Shown: piece by piece, positions 48,541-60,203 of the stretch
Numbering within the stretch: the stretch's first letter is position 1
Layout: each line of letters begins with the position of its first letter
NCBI GenBank assembly: GCA_964016885.1
Contig: OZ024747.1
Location: 22,134,001 to 22,198,000, forward strand
From: Eledone cirrhosa
Lineage: Eukaryota
DNA: 64,000 nt
Direction of reading: 5' to 3'
Notes under the pieces: model-generated
What the model was told of the DNA's origin: nothing
What the model saw: the letters and a program-made list of their open reading frames with translations, nothing else
The model's database searches: none
Position numbers and translations under genes: made by a program

Positions 48541-50635
48541 AAATGCTGGACAAAAGTTTTATTGCTACTTTTTCCTTTAAAAGTTGTTAGAACTAGCCTA
48601 GTCATTAGAATGTGGTGTTAAATATCATAAAAATTATTACTGCTAGCCTAATCATTAGCTTGTCAAATTCATCTCATCACTGATTCACTTTATTTTGTGA
48701 CTAGGTATCCTGTGGAGGAACAGCTTATTACTGTTGATATCAAGGTGGCTCTGCAATTAATGACTGTTTCATTATAGTACAGTTCTTGGTTTACATCATC
48801 TCATAGCTTGGCCTCTTATCCAAGGGGAGAGAGATCTCAGATGATGGAGGCCTTGAAAATGTTTATAAGCCCCCAATAGACTTACTGACAACTTCTAAAA
48901 AAAAAAAAAAAGTTCAACTCTAAACCTAAAATCCCACCCATTTTAACACCTTTTGTAGGATTCATTCTATTGAAAATAGAAAAAAAGTCTGTCCCAAGCC
49001 CAGAACTTAACCCAATTTCATTAGTGTACAAGATGCCAGTCCATCACAGCTGCTGGTACTCATTTTCAGCTGAGTTGACAGGAGCAATGTGAAATGAAAT
49101 GTTTTTCTCAGTAACACATGCCATCCGGTCAATCTGACCCCTAGCAACTCTACCAATTCGTCATCTTCCTCTTTCTTTGATTATCTTATAAAACCCTACA
49201 GCATACAGTCATCCTTATAGGACATGGAGATCCTTCTGTTCTTATGTTAGTGAGTGATCTTATATTGAATTGGTTGTTGCCAATTCATATTTCCACAGTC
49301 TTAACATAAAACTGTGAAATGAGAAGCCTTGCACACAAAAGAATATTTAAATCTTCAATATTTTAAGCAAATCTTAAGTGTCACAGCTGGTTGAGTGAAT
49401 AGTTGGTTGATGGTCGATATGTTTTTATCCTGCTACTAGAGTTGAGTTTCATTGCAATTGTGTCTATAGTTAACCTTTTAATTTCAATTTTTCTCCCATC
49501 CATCTCGCTATCAACTAAAATTACTTACAAGTCAACAAGGAAGCTTATATAGAGTTTGAAACAAAACAAAAAAGACTGGCTGCTCATGTATGATAGACCT
49601 TTGGTCATTGCTTTTCTGGGTCAGTGCTAGCCTGAGGTTAAACAACAACAATAACTGATCAAGACCCACAAATTGACCTACTGTTGCCTTTTCATAAAAA
49701 CCTGGCCCAAACCAACCCTGGTTTTATGGAAACAAAATCACCCATTTTAAAGGGTTCCTGATTAAATTAAAATCTTCCAACATTATTTTATATGAGTTCC
49801 CGCCGAGGTTAACTTTACCTTTCATCCTTACGGGGTCGATAAAATAAAGTACCAGTAATGTACTGGGTAATTGCTGGCCTTGTGCCTAAAGTAGAAACAA
49901 TTATTTTATATGAGTACAATTTGTTACTACTTTTTTAATTATGAAATAATTTTAGTTAATCCTCTTAATACTTCATTAATTAATTAAAATAGAGTATATT
50001 GTTAAATTATTACTTTCTTAATTATGAAATTATTTTAGTAAATCCCTCAAAATACTTCATTAATTAATTGAAATAGAATATATTTCATTAGAAATATGGT
50101 GATGAAAGAGTTATCCAACAGAATCAGCTGGGTTTAGTAGTTATCTTAAGAGGGTTTGTTGCTTGAAGATCTTCTGCATATCCTGTTTGGAATTTTTGGT
50201 CAAGTGCCGACTGATTTCTTTCTAACATGTTCTCTGGCATCTATTATAGACCAGTTATAGAAAGTATGGACTTGGCAGCAGCAAAATCAAATATTTGTTA
50301 CCTACTTTATACTGAACACATACATATACACACTTATACACACATATTCATGTGTGTGTAGGTGTATGCAAGCTTATATCTCTATAGATTCACTCTACTA
50401 CTATCTTGTATATTTTGTAATTATGATGAGAAAGAACTAGTTTTCTTTGTTTACAAGGTGATAGCAATGTTTAGATGATTCATAGATAATCTTCCTGTAT
50501 TTGAAGTAATTCTTTCTGACCAGAATGAACCAGTCTTTCATTTGGTGTAACATATGTTTTCCATAGCTGTGTAAGAAAATAAATTTAAACTGATCCAATA
50601 TGGACCATATGTGCATGTGAGTATATATATATATT

Positions 50636-50677
<42 letters not shown>

Positions 50678-50702
50678 GTATATATATATTTGTGTGTATG
50701 TA

Positions 50703-50734
<32 letters not shown>

Positions 50735-51682
50735 AACAAGATTTGTTCAAAGAAAAATACTCAGGACAGGTGGTAACTCAGCTGTCATACCTGATTTAAA
50801 CAAAAATGTTACTATTGAGCTTTGCAGTCCTATTTTTAATCTGTTATGGTTATTTGAAAGTTGTAGTTGGCTGAGTTCATGTGATGCTGAATTATCAGCC
50901 TAATGGGCAGTTAGTTGGTTTCCAGTCCATATCTTGGCATTAGTACCCCCTAAGGAAAATAGTGATATGATGTGAATAGCCCAGAAACATTCTATGTAAT
51001 GCAACCTCAAAGGAAACCAACTAAACTTAAGCAAGTGTGAAACATAACAACAAACAATTTCCTGATATTCATAGCAAATATACCTAATTATTGATTTCTA
51101 ACTCAAACACACAGACATAAATCTAGTAGGAAGGAGTGTAGTCATGGGTCAAAGGTGGTAGTCATGGGTCAAAGGTGGTAGTGTTTCAGTGAATAAGACT
51201 TTGAAGATTTGTTAGAGAGCCTTTTTGGAGCAATGCAGTCTAGAATTGTTGTGTACATTTTAGCAGCAGCAGCAGCCCTGTCTTAGATGTGGGAACAGTA
51301 TTCCATTATGAGACTTAGTTGGGGGTAGAGACAGATCCAATCAGCAGAATCGATGGAAACTAGGGGTGGTTTCTGATGAAAGGGTCATCCTGAAATGTTA
51401 AATTTCTCTTCTTCCTCATGGCAAAACAATTTATCATTCTGTTAATGTGTATGGGGCTGAGCATTCTACAGACACATGTACTCTTAACATAATTCTAAGA
51501 GGGATTCAGTGAGACACAATGTGTAACAAAGCTGGCCCTTTCAAATACAGGTACATTTCATCTGACTGGCTTCCAAACAGTTTCCACCAGTCCACTTTGA
51601 TACTTGCAGTGGGATCAAACTCATGATTGCAGTGAAGCTTCTTATTTGTATATCTTCTGCATGAATTCATGTAAGTGTAGCA

Positions 51683-51759
<77 letters not shown>

Positions 51760-51936
51760 TATGCCAGGTTAGTATTACTCTTGGTGTGGCATGAAAACAG
51801 TTTTCACCCCTTTCTGTAAGTCTATATATGTATGTGTGTGTGTGTGTGTGTGTTGTGCATATCGTGCACTGTACATATTATGCAACGTGTGTATGTGTTG
51901 TGCACATCATGCACTGTACATATTATGTAATACATG

Positions 51937-52273
51937 TGGAGGCACATGGCTTAGTGGTTAGAGCATTGGCCTTGCAATCGAAAGGTTGTGAGTTCAATTC
52001 TCAGACCGGGTGGTGTGTTGTTTCCTTGAGCAAGACACTTTATTTCACATTGCTCCAGTTTACTCAGCTGTAGAAATGAGATGCTAGGGACTGAGGTCCT
52101 TATCATTCCACTGCAAAGTGGTCGTGTAGGTGCCACGGCAAAAAAGCACCCAGCACTCACTGTAAATGAGGTTGGTGTTAGGAAGGGCATCCAGCTGTAG
52201 AAATCAAGCCAGTATCAGTTCCCGTCCCACCCTTGCAAGCAGGGAAAAGCGGACGTAAAATGAAATGATGATG
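51937..52273 (+). mobile_element. tRNA-derived CORE-like SINE with an RTE-derived 3' tail; near-identical copy at 59178-59500 and a partial copy at 58905-59175
   Basis: Head tggcttagtggttagagc...gagttcaattc. Central ccttgagcaagacactt...ccagtttactcagctgtagaaatg resembles the MIR/CORE domain. The tail matches the 3' end of the LINE at 36603-36658. Confidence 0.85.
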
Positions 52274-52777
52274 TATATGTGTTGTGTACATCAGGCAACA
52301 TGTGTGAGGTGTATTGTTTCTTTGTGAGGAGTTGGCAGCTATTTAGTTTTTGAGCCGGAAGTGTATGTTATGAAGCCTAGCGATAATTATCTTCTATCAT
52401 AAATAGTCTCTACTTATTATAATGATTATGATAATGACTGTTAATATAAACACTCAATTCATTACAGTGAACAGATGTGTCTCATGACTCCAATGAATCA
52501 AGATCCTCAAAGAAATTTTGTAAGGGCAGAATGAGACAGCTTTTGAAGCCCAGGGGTGGGACTGGGAAAATTCAAGTAGGTGAAGGGATATTTTGAGGAT
52601 GGATATTAGAAATTCACAGGCCCTTCTTTTCATTTCTGGGCCTTGGACCTCAGACACGAGGGGATGCTGAAAAATTTCTGGGTTGATCGCTGCTCCAGAG
52701 ACCTGGTTGGAGGCCCAACTATCCGAGTTCTTTTCAACTTCATTAATATGCCCCTTCTCTTCTTGTTAAAAGATGAA

Positions 52778-52816
<39 letters not shown>

Positions 52817-53799
52817 GGTAGTAGTAGTAGTAGTAGTAGTAGTGGTGCCACGATAAAATGCATCTGGTACATGCTGTGAAGTGGTGAACATTAGGAAGGG
52901 CATCTCGCCATAGAAACCATGTCAGAATGGAATGCATGAGTGAGACACAGTCATCTGACGTGTCTAACCTCAGAGCCTGACAAACCATCTAACCTGTGCA
53001 AGTGATGATATACATTTGCAGATAAAACAGATCTCACAAAACAACAAAAATCTATTAAATTTGCCATTGTCATTATGGCAATACCAACTCTTACTTCACT
53101 TCCAATTGTTATATTTGTATTCAATTGAAGTTTTTAAAAAGGCCATTTGAGTAATATAATTATATGACTAGCTTGTACAGTTGATTTTTGTTATTGTTGT
53201 TGCTTGTATATTTAATAATTTCAATTGGACATAATTAATTTATCTAAATAATTGTATTGTCACTCAAAAGATTTATAGAAAATACTGTTGGAAATTATTC
53301 AGGTTAAGTTTGTTTATAATCGAACAGAATGCTTTGCGGTATTTATTTCAACTCTCTTCTCTCTGAATTCAAATCCCACTGAGGTCAAGTTTGCCTTTCA
53401 TTCATTCGAGATCAACAAAAAAAGTACCAGTCATGTACTTGGGTCAATTCTTTCTCTCTATCTCTTTCTCCCTTCCATTCTCCCACTCTCTATCCAAAGA
53501 AATCTGCTGTATTTAAACCTGGAGAGGAGATGGGTTCCTCTATGTTTTAAAAACTGCCCTAGAAATGCTGTATGTTAATACAACACACATACAACTCCCT
53601 AAGGAGTTACGGGATTATACATGCATATCTAGAATTACATCCAATGTGTGCTTCACTTTTTAAAATTACAGGGTATGATTTGAAAGAGATTTGGTTGGTA
53701 TTTCTAGTCAGTTGAGTGACAACTTTGAAGCTCCTTCTTGGTGCATTTATTAAACATATTTTCTACATGGAGGTGTAATTAGTCTTAAATGTGCTGGTA

Positions 53800-56700
53800 G
53801 TTGTGATTGTAGTAATGGTGGTGGTGTGATTGTGTTAGTGGTGGTGGTGCTGCTGCTGTTAGTAGTGTTATTTGTGATGGTAGTGCTGTTAGTAGTATTG
53901 TGGTAGTGGTGGTAGTGATGGTAGTGGTGGTCTTAGTAGTGTTGATTGGGATAATAGTGGTGTTAGTAGTGTTGTGGTGGTGTTAGTGTTAATTGCGGTA
54001 GTGGTAGTAGTGGTGGTCTTAGTAATGTTGATTGTGATAGTAGTGGTGTTAGTAGTGTTGTGGTTATGGTGGTGCTATTAGTAGTGTTGATTGTGATAGT
54101 AGTGGTGTTAGTAGTATTGTGGTTGTGATGGTGGTATTAGTAGTGTTGTGGTTGTGGTGATGGTGATGGTCTTAGTAGTGTTAGGTGATGGTATTATTAG
54201 TGTTATTTGTGGTGGTAGTGGTGTTAAATGTTGTGATTGTGGTAGTGGCAGTGGTCTTAGTAGTGTTATTTGTGGTAGTAGTGATGGTGTTAGTAGTGTT
54301 GTTTGTGGTGGTAGTGGTGTTGCTGTTTAGTAGTGTTATTTGTGGTGGTAGTGGTGTTGCTGTTTAGTAGTGTTATTTGTGGTGGTAGTGGAGTTAATAG
54401 TGTTGTGGTAGTGGTGTTGCTGTTTAGTAGTGTTATTTGTGGTGGTAGTGGTGTTAATAGTGTTGTGGTAGTGGTGTTGCTGTTTAGTAGTGTTATTTGT
54501 GGTGGTAGTGGTGTTAATAGTGTTGTGGTAGTGGTGTTGCTGTTTAGTAGTGTTATTTGTGGTGGTAGTGGTGTTGCTGTTTAGTAGTGTTATTTGTGGT
54601 GGTAGTGGTGTTGCTGTTTAGTAGTGTTATTTGTGGTGGTAGTGGTGTTAATAGTGTTGTGGTAGTGGTGTTGCTGTTTAGTAGTGGTATTTGTGGTGGT
54701 AGTGGAGTTAATAGTGTTGTGGTAGTGGTGTTGCTGTTTAGTAGTGTTATTTGTGGTGGTAGTGGTGTTAATAGTGTTGTGGTAGTGGTGTTGCTGTTTA
54801 GTAGTGGTATTTGTGGTGGTAGTGGAGTTAATAGTGTTGTGGTAGTAGTGTTGCTGTTTAGTAGTGTTATTTGTGGTGGTAGTGGTGTTAATAGTGTTGT
54901 GGTAGTGGTGTTGCTGTTTAGTAGTGGTATTTGTGGTGGTAGTGGTGTTAATAGTGTTGTGGTAGTGGTGTTGCTGTTTAGTAGTGGTATTTGTGGTGGT
55001 AGTGGAGTTAATAGTGTTGTGGTAGTAGTGTTGCTGTTTAGTAGTGTTATTTGTGGTGGTAGTGGAGTTAATAGTGTTGTGGTAGTGGTGTTGCTGTTTA
55101 GTAGTGTTATTTGTGGTGGTAGTGGTGTTGCTGTTTAGTAGTGTTATTTGTGGTGGTAGTGGTGTTAATAGTGTTGTGGTAGTGGTGTTGCTGTTAGTGT
55201 TATTTGTGGTGGTAGTGGTGTTAATAGTGTTGTGGTAGTGGTATTGCTGTTTAGTAGTGGTATTTGTGGTGGTAGTGGTATTTGTGGTGGTAGTGGAGTT
55301 AATAGTGTTGTGGTAGTAGTGTTGCTGTTAGTGTTATTTGTGGTGGTAGTGGTGTTAATAGTGTTGTGGTAGTGGTGTTGCTGTTAGTGTTATTTGTGGT
55401 GGTAGTGGTGTTAATAGTGTTGTGGTAGTGGTGTTGCTGTTTAGTTGTGTTATTTGTGGTGGTAGTGGTATTTGTGGTGGTAGTGGAGTTAATAGTGTTG
55501 TGGTAGTAGTGTTGCTGTTTAGTAGTGTTATTTGTGGTGGTAGTGGTGTTAATAGTGTTGTGGTAGTGGTGTTGCTGTTTAGTAGTGGTATTTGTGGTGG
55601 TAGTGGTGTTAATAGTGTTGTGGTAGTGGTGTTGCTGTTTAGTAGTGGTATTTGTGGTGGTAGTGGTGTTAATAGTGTTGTGGTAGTGGTGTTAATAGTG
55701 TTGTGGTAGTGGTGTTGCTGTTTAGTAGTGTTATTTGTGGTGGTAGTGGAGTTAATAGTGTTGTGGTAGTGGTGTTGCTGTTTAGTAGTGTTATTTGGTG
55801 TGGTAGTGGTGTTAACAGTGTTGTGGTAGTGGTGTTGCTGTTTAGTAGTGGTATTTGTGGTGGTAGTGGTGTTAATAGTGTTGTGGTAGTGGTGTTGCTG
55901 TTTAGTAGTGTTATTTGTGGTGGTAGTGGTGTTGCTGTTTAGTAGTGTTATTTGTGGTGGTAGTGGTGTTAATAGTGTTGTGGTAGTGGTGTTGCTGTTT
56001 AGTAGTGTTATTTGTGGTGGTAGTGGTGTTAATAGTGTTGTGGTAGTGGTGTTGCTGTTTAGTAGTGGTATTTGTGGTGGTAGTGGAGTTAATAGTGTTG
56101 TGGTAGTAGTGTTGCTGTTTAGTAGTGTTATTTGTGGTGGTAGTGGTGTTAATAGTGTTGTGGTAGTGGTGTTGCTGTTTAGTAGTGTTATTTGTGGTGG
56201 TAGTGGTGTTAATAGTGTTGTGGTAGTAGTGTTGCTGTTTAGTAGTGTTATTTGTGGTGGTAGTGGTGTTAATAGTGTTGTGGTAGTGGTGTTGCTGTTT
56301 AGTAGTGGTATTTGTGGTGGTAGTGGTGTTAATAGTGTTGTGGTAGTGGTGTTGCTGTTTAGTAGTGTTATTTGTGGTGGTAGTGGTGTTAATAGTGTTG
56401 TGGTAGTAGTGTTGCTGTTTAGTAGTGTTATTTGTGGTGGTAGTGGTGTTAATAGTGTTGTGGTAGTGGTATTGCTGTTTAGTAGTGTTATTTGTGGTGG
56501 TAGTGGTGTTAATAGTGTTGTGGTAGTGGTGTTGCTGTTTAGTAGTGTTATTTGTGGTGGTAGTGGTGTTAATAGTGTTGTGGTAGTGGTGTTGCTGTTT
56601 AGTAGTGTTATTTGTGGTGGTAGTGGTGTTAATAGTGTTGTGGTATTGCTGTTTAGTAGTGTTATTTGTGGTGGTAGTGGTGTTAATAGTGTTGTGGTAG

Positions 56701-57182
56701 TGGTGTTGCTGTTTAGTAGTTATTTGTGGTGGTAGTGGTGTTAATAGTGTTGTGGTAGTGGTGTTGCTGTTTAGTAGTGTTATTTGTGGTGGTAGTGGTG
56801 TTAATAGTGTTGTGGTAGTGGTGTTGCTGTTTAGTAGTGTTATTTGTGGTGGTAGTGGTGTTAATAGTGTTGTGGTATTGCTGTTTAGTAGTGTTATTTG
56901 TGGTGGTAGTGGTGTTAATAGTGTTGTGGTAGTGGTGTTGCTGTTTAGTAGTTATTTGTGGTGGTAGTGGTGTTAATAGTGTTGTGGTAGTGGTGTTGCT
57001 GTTTAGTAGTGTTATTTGTGGTGGTAGTGGTGTTAATAGTGTTGTGGTAGTGGTGTTGCTGTTTAGTAGTGTTATTTGTGGTGGTAGTGGTGTTGCTGTT
57101 TAGTACTGTTATTTGTGGTGGTAGTGGTGTTAATAGTGTTGTGGTAGTGGTGTTGCTGTTTAGTAGTGTTATTTGTGGTGGT
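53800..57182. repeat. G/T-rich minisatellite (60-bp major unit, 37-bp deletion variant), ~3.4 kb
   Basis: gtagtggtgttgctgtttagtagtgttatttgtggtggtagtggtgttaatagtgttgtg repeated. Degenerate at the left edge, homogeneous from ~54310. Confidence 0.97.
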
Positions 57183-57349
57183 ACAACAAAACACCAGAAT
57201 GAATTACCAGCCACCCAACAGTAGCAGTACAAAGTCAGTGTTAGTGGTGGGGGATGGTTTAGGTTTGTTTTGAAACACAATGACATTTAACCGAGATCTC
57301 TGTAAGAAGTTAATTAATGGCTACTGCTTGCCCTTTTACTTCACCTTTT

Positions 57350-57720
57350 TTGTGTTTACATATTGTTACCACCACCACCATCCTTCCTTCTACTACCTTT
57401 ACATAGTGTCACCACCACCATCTCCTTTACATATTGTCACTCACTCCACCACAACCAACCTCACTTTTACCTTTACATATTGTCACTGCTGCCACCACCC
57501 TCAATTCTACCTTTACATATTGTCACCTCCACCACCACCACCACCATTACCCCCCCCCCCCCTTTCTACTACCTTAACATATTGTCGCCTCCACCACCAC
57601 TACCACCCGCCTTTCTACCTTAACATATTGTCACCTCCACCACTACCACCCTCCCTTCTACCTTTACATATTGTTGCCACCACCACCACCACCACCATCA
57701 TACTCCTTCCTTCTACCATT
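57350..57720. repeat. Degenerate C/A-rich tandem repeat (ctacctttacatattgtca..ccaccacc)
   Basis: About 7 variable-length units. Confidence 0.8.
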
Positions 57721-58085
57721 ACAGGGTTCTTAAAGTAGTCTTACCTGAACCCATCATCAACTCAACTAGTTCCTAGCTCACTCTGCCAGTTACTGTCAGA
57801 TTTTTATCCAAGGGATTGTGATTCGTAAAACACATACACGCACACACACAGTTACATACTCTACCTCTTTCTTCTCCTCTTACTGCCCCCTTATATCTTT
57901 AGTATGAAGTTAACACGAAACCTTTTTTTTTTTTTTTGAAGGAGAGAACTATTCTCTCTCTCTCTCAATATTTCTATAGACTTCATTATATGACAAACTC
58001 CAATTTCCTACCCACACAGTCGTTTTTCTCACTGATTAACGGTATAAGTGTACACTCTAGTTTGTTGGGTTTGTATTTTAATAAT

Positions 58086-58257
58086 TGTTTCTACTTTAGG
58101 CACAAGGCCAGCAATTACCCAGTGCATTACTGGTACTTTATTTTATCGACCCCGTAAGGATGAAAGGCAAAGTAAACCTCGGCGGGATTTGAACTCAGAC
58201 CGTAAAGGGACGTAACTATGCTGGAAAGCATGTCCGACCCTCTACTGATACTGCCAA
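58086..58257 (-). mobile_element. Abundant SINE, short-tail subfamily (others at 49798-49902 +, 61349-61450 - and 63911-64000 -)
   Basis: Near-identical to 42465-42650. Confidence 0.85.
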
Positions 58258-60185
58258 ATACAGACTTAATTAAATTATTGATTGAGAAAATGACTGATCA
58301 GCTTCAATTCATAATTATATATGAATACACACACACACACACATACATACATACATACATACATAAATATATATACATCATCATCATAATTTTACGTCCA
58401 TTTTTCCATATATATATATATATATAATTATATATCAGAGAGAGCGAGAGAGAGAGAGAGAGAGAGGGTCCTTACTTCCCTACATTAACGCCATTCATTC
58501 ATCAACCATTTCACAGAATATACTGAGTTCATTTTATCATGGCACCAACACTAGAGAGGCAATCTGGTCTCCTGCAAAGCTAAACAGTCTTCACTACCCT
58601 ACATTATCTCCATTATTTCAAGATAATTATGTCCAAGAGTATGCTTAGAAACAAGAGAGTATGAATGTGAAGGGAATGCAGAATAATAGGATGGGGGACA
58701 TATGTATATATGCGGAGTGGGGAGACCCAAGATGACTTGGGATGAGGTGATAAAAGCCGACCTTACCCAACTACACCTCTCAAAGTCAATGACACACGAC
58801 CGTGACTTCTGGCGTCACGCAGTAATACAGGGTACCCGACCTCCCATGGGTACATGCTGAAGCATATAAACAATATGCCCCCCCCCCCCCCCCCCACCGC
58901 AAGGTGGTCGTGGAGGTGCCACGGCAAAAAAGCACCCAGCCCACACTGTAAAGTGGACGTGTAGGCGCCACGAAAAAGCACCCAGCACTCACTGTAAATG
59001 AGGTTGGTGTTAGGAAGGGCATCCAGCTGTAGAAATCAAGCCAGAATCAGTTCCTGTATGAGCAAGGCATGGTCAGCCGACCAGACACTGCCCACAACAG
59101 GACAACCCGTCTAACCCATGCTAGCGTGGAAGAACGGACGTAAAACGGTGATGATGATGATGATGATGATGATGATATGGAGGCACATGGCTTAGTGGTT
59201 AGAGCATTGGCCTTGCAATCGAAAGGTTGTGAGTTCAATTCTCAGACCAGGTGATGTGTTGTTTCCTTGAGCAAGACACTTTATTTCACATTGCTCCAGT
59301 TTACTCAGCTGTAGAAATGAGATGATAGGGACTGGGGTCCATATCATTCCACTGCAAAAGTGGACGTGTAGGCGCCACGGAAAAAAGCACCCAGCACTCA
59401 CTGTAAATGAGGTTGGTGTTAGGAAGGGCATCCAGCTGTAGAAATCAAGCCAGAATTAGTTCCCGTCCCACCAGGGAAAAAGCAGACATAAAATGAAAAA
59501 TGAAAAAAAAATGAAATATCAAGGGTGATGACACACGACCGTGACCTCTGGCACCACACAGTTATATGTAGGCTACAAAGCTTATTAGTTATGTAATAAA
59601 CAACATAAGATAATTATTTCATTTACCAGTGGTTTCTTGAAGGCAGATGTTATGCAAAAAAGTAAACAGAAACAACAAAGTAAACATATTACAGTAAAAA
59701 AAAATATAATAGTTTAATGTTTGATATAATATAGGAAAAGTCTTTACGTTTTGGGCACTAGTCCTTCATCAGAAGAGTGAATGAGAAATAAGAGGGAATA
59801 GGAAGATAGTGAGAAGAAGGAACACAATTTTTTTTTTTAAACCCATTTTTCCATTCTTGTATAAGTTGAATGGGTCTTTCTCAATACAGCTTCACTCCAC
59901 TCTTTACATTCTTTCAAGCTAATATACTTTCTATTCATATACACATAAAGACACACATCTTTAAATAATCTTCTTAGAATATGTATCAAAGCTACAGGAT
60001 TTGTTCTGATTTATTCATATTTTATAAACATGTAGATATATTTTTTTGTTAAAAATCAAATGGTAATGTATGATCTTATTATTCACATTGATACTGTTGT
60101 TATTGTTGTTAAGTAATATATATCAATGAGATAAATTCAATATCTCACCTAACAGTGGTCTCAACTTCCTTCCGATAACATGCAG

Positions 60186-60203
60186 CATTGGAGATTTTCT
60201 CAG
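60186..60203 (+). CDS. shot: 18-nt in-frame spectraplakin microexon (HWRFSQ), plectin exon 2-alpha-like
   Basis: cttccttccgataacatgcag|CAT TGG AGA TTT TCT CAG|gtcagt, phase 0-0, compatible with the 23978 donor. Plectin 2-alpha encodes HWRAE at the same position after KHL.K. Branch-like cctaac at 60148. Confidence 0.72.

Noticed and set aside
51937-52012. tRNA gene (also 59178-59250, 9025-9100, 18662-18735)
   Set aside because: A and B boxes are present but there is no paired acceptor stem or poly-T terminator. The sequence runs directly into SINE bodies.
52455-52735. Coding-looking GC-richer patch
   Set aside because: Stops in the frames examined and no motif I could identify. Probably a decayed transposon fragment.
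54148-57738. Repetitive hydrophobic ORFs (VVVVLLFSSVICGGSG) and a Pro/His-rich ORF
   Set aside because: Minisatellite translations. Frames break at 37-bp variants and 1-nt indels, and there is no splice or codon evidence.
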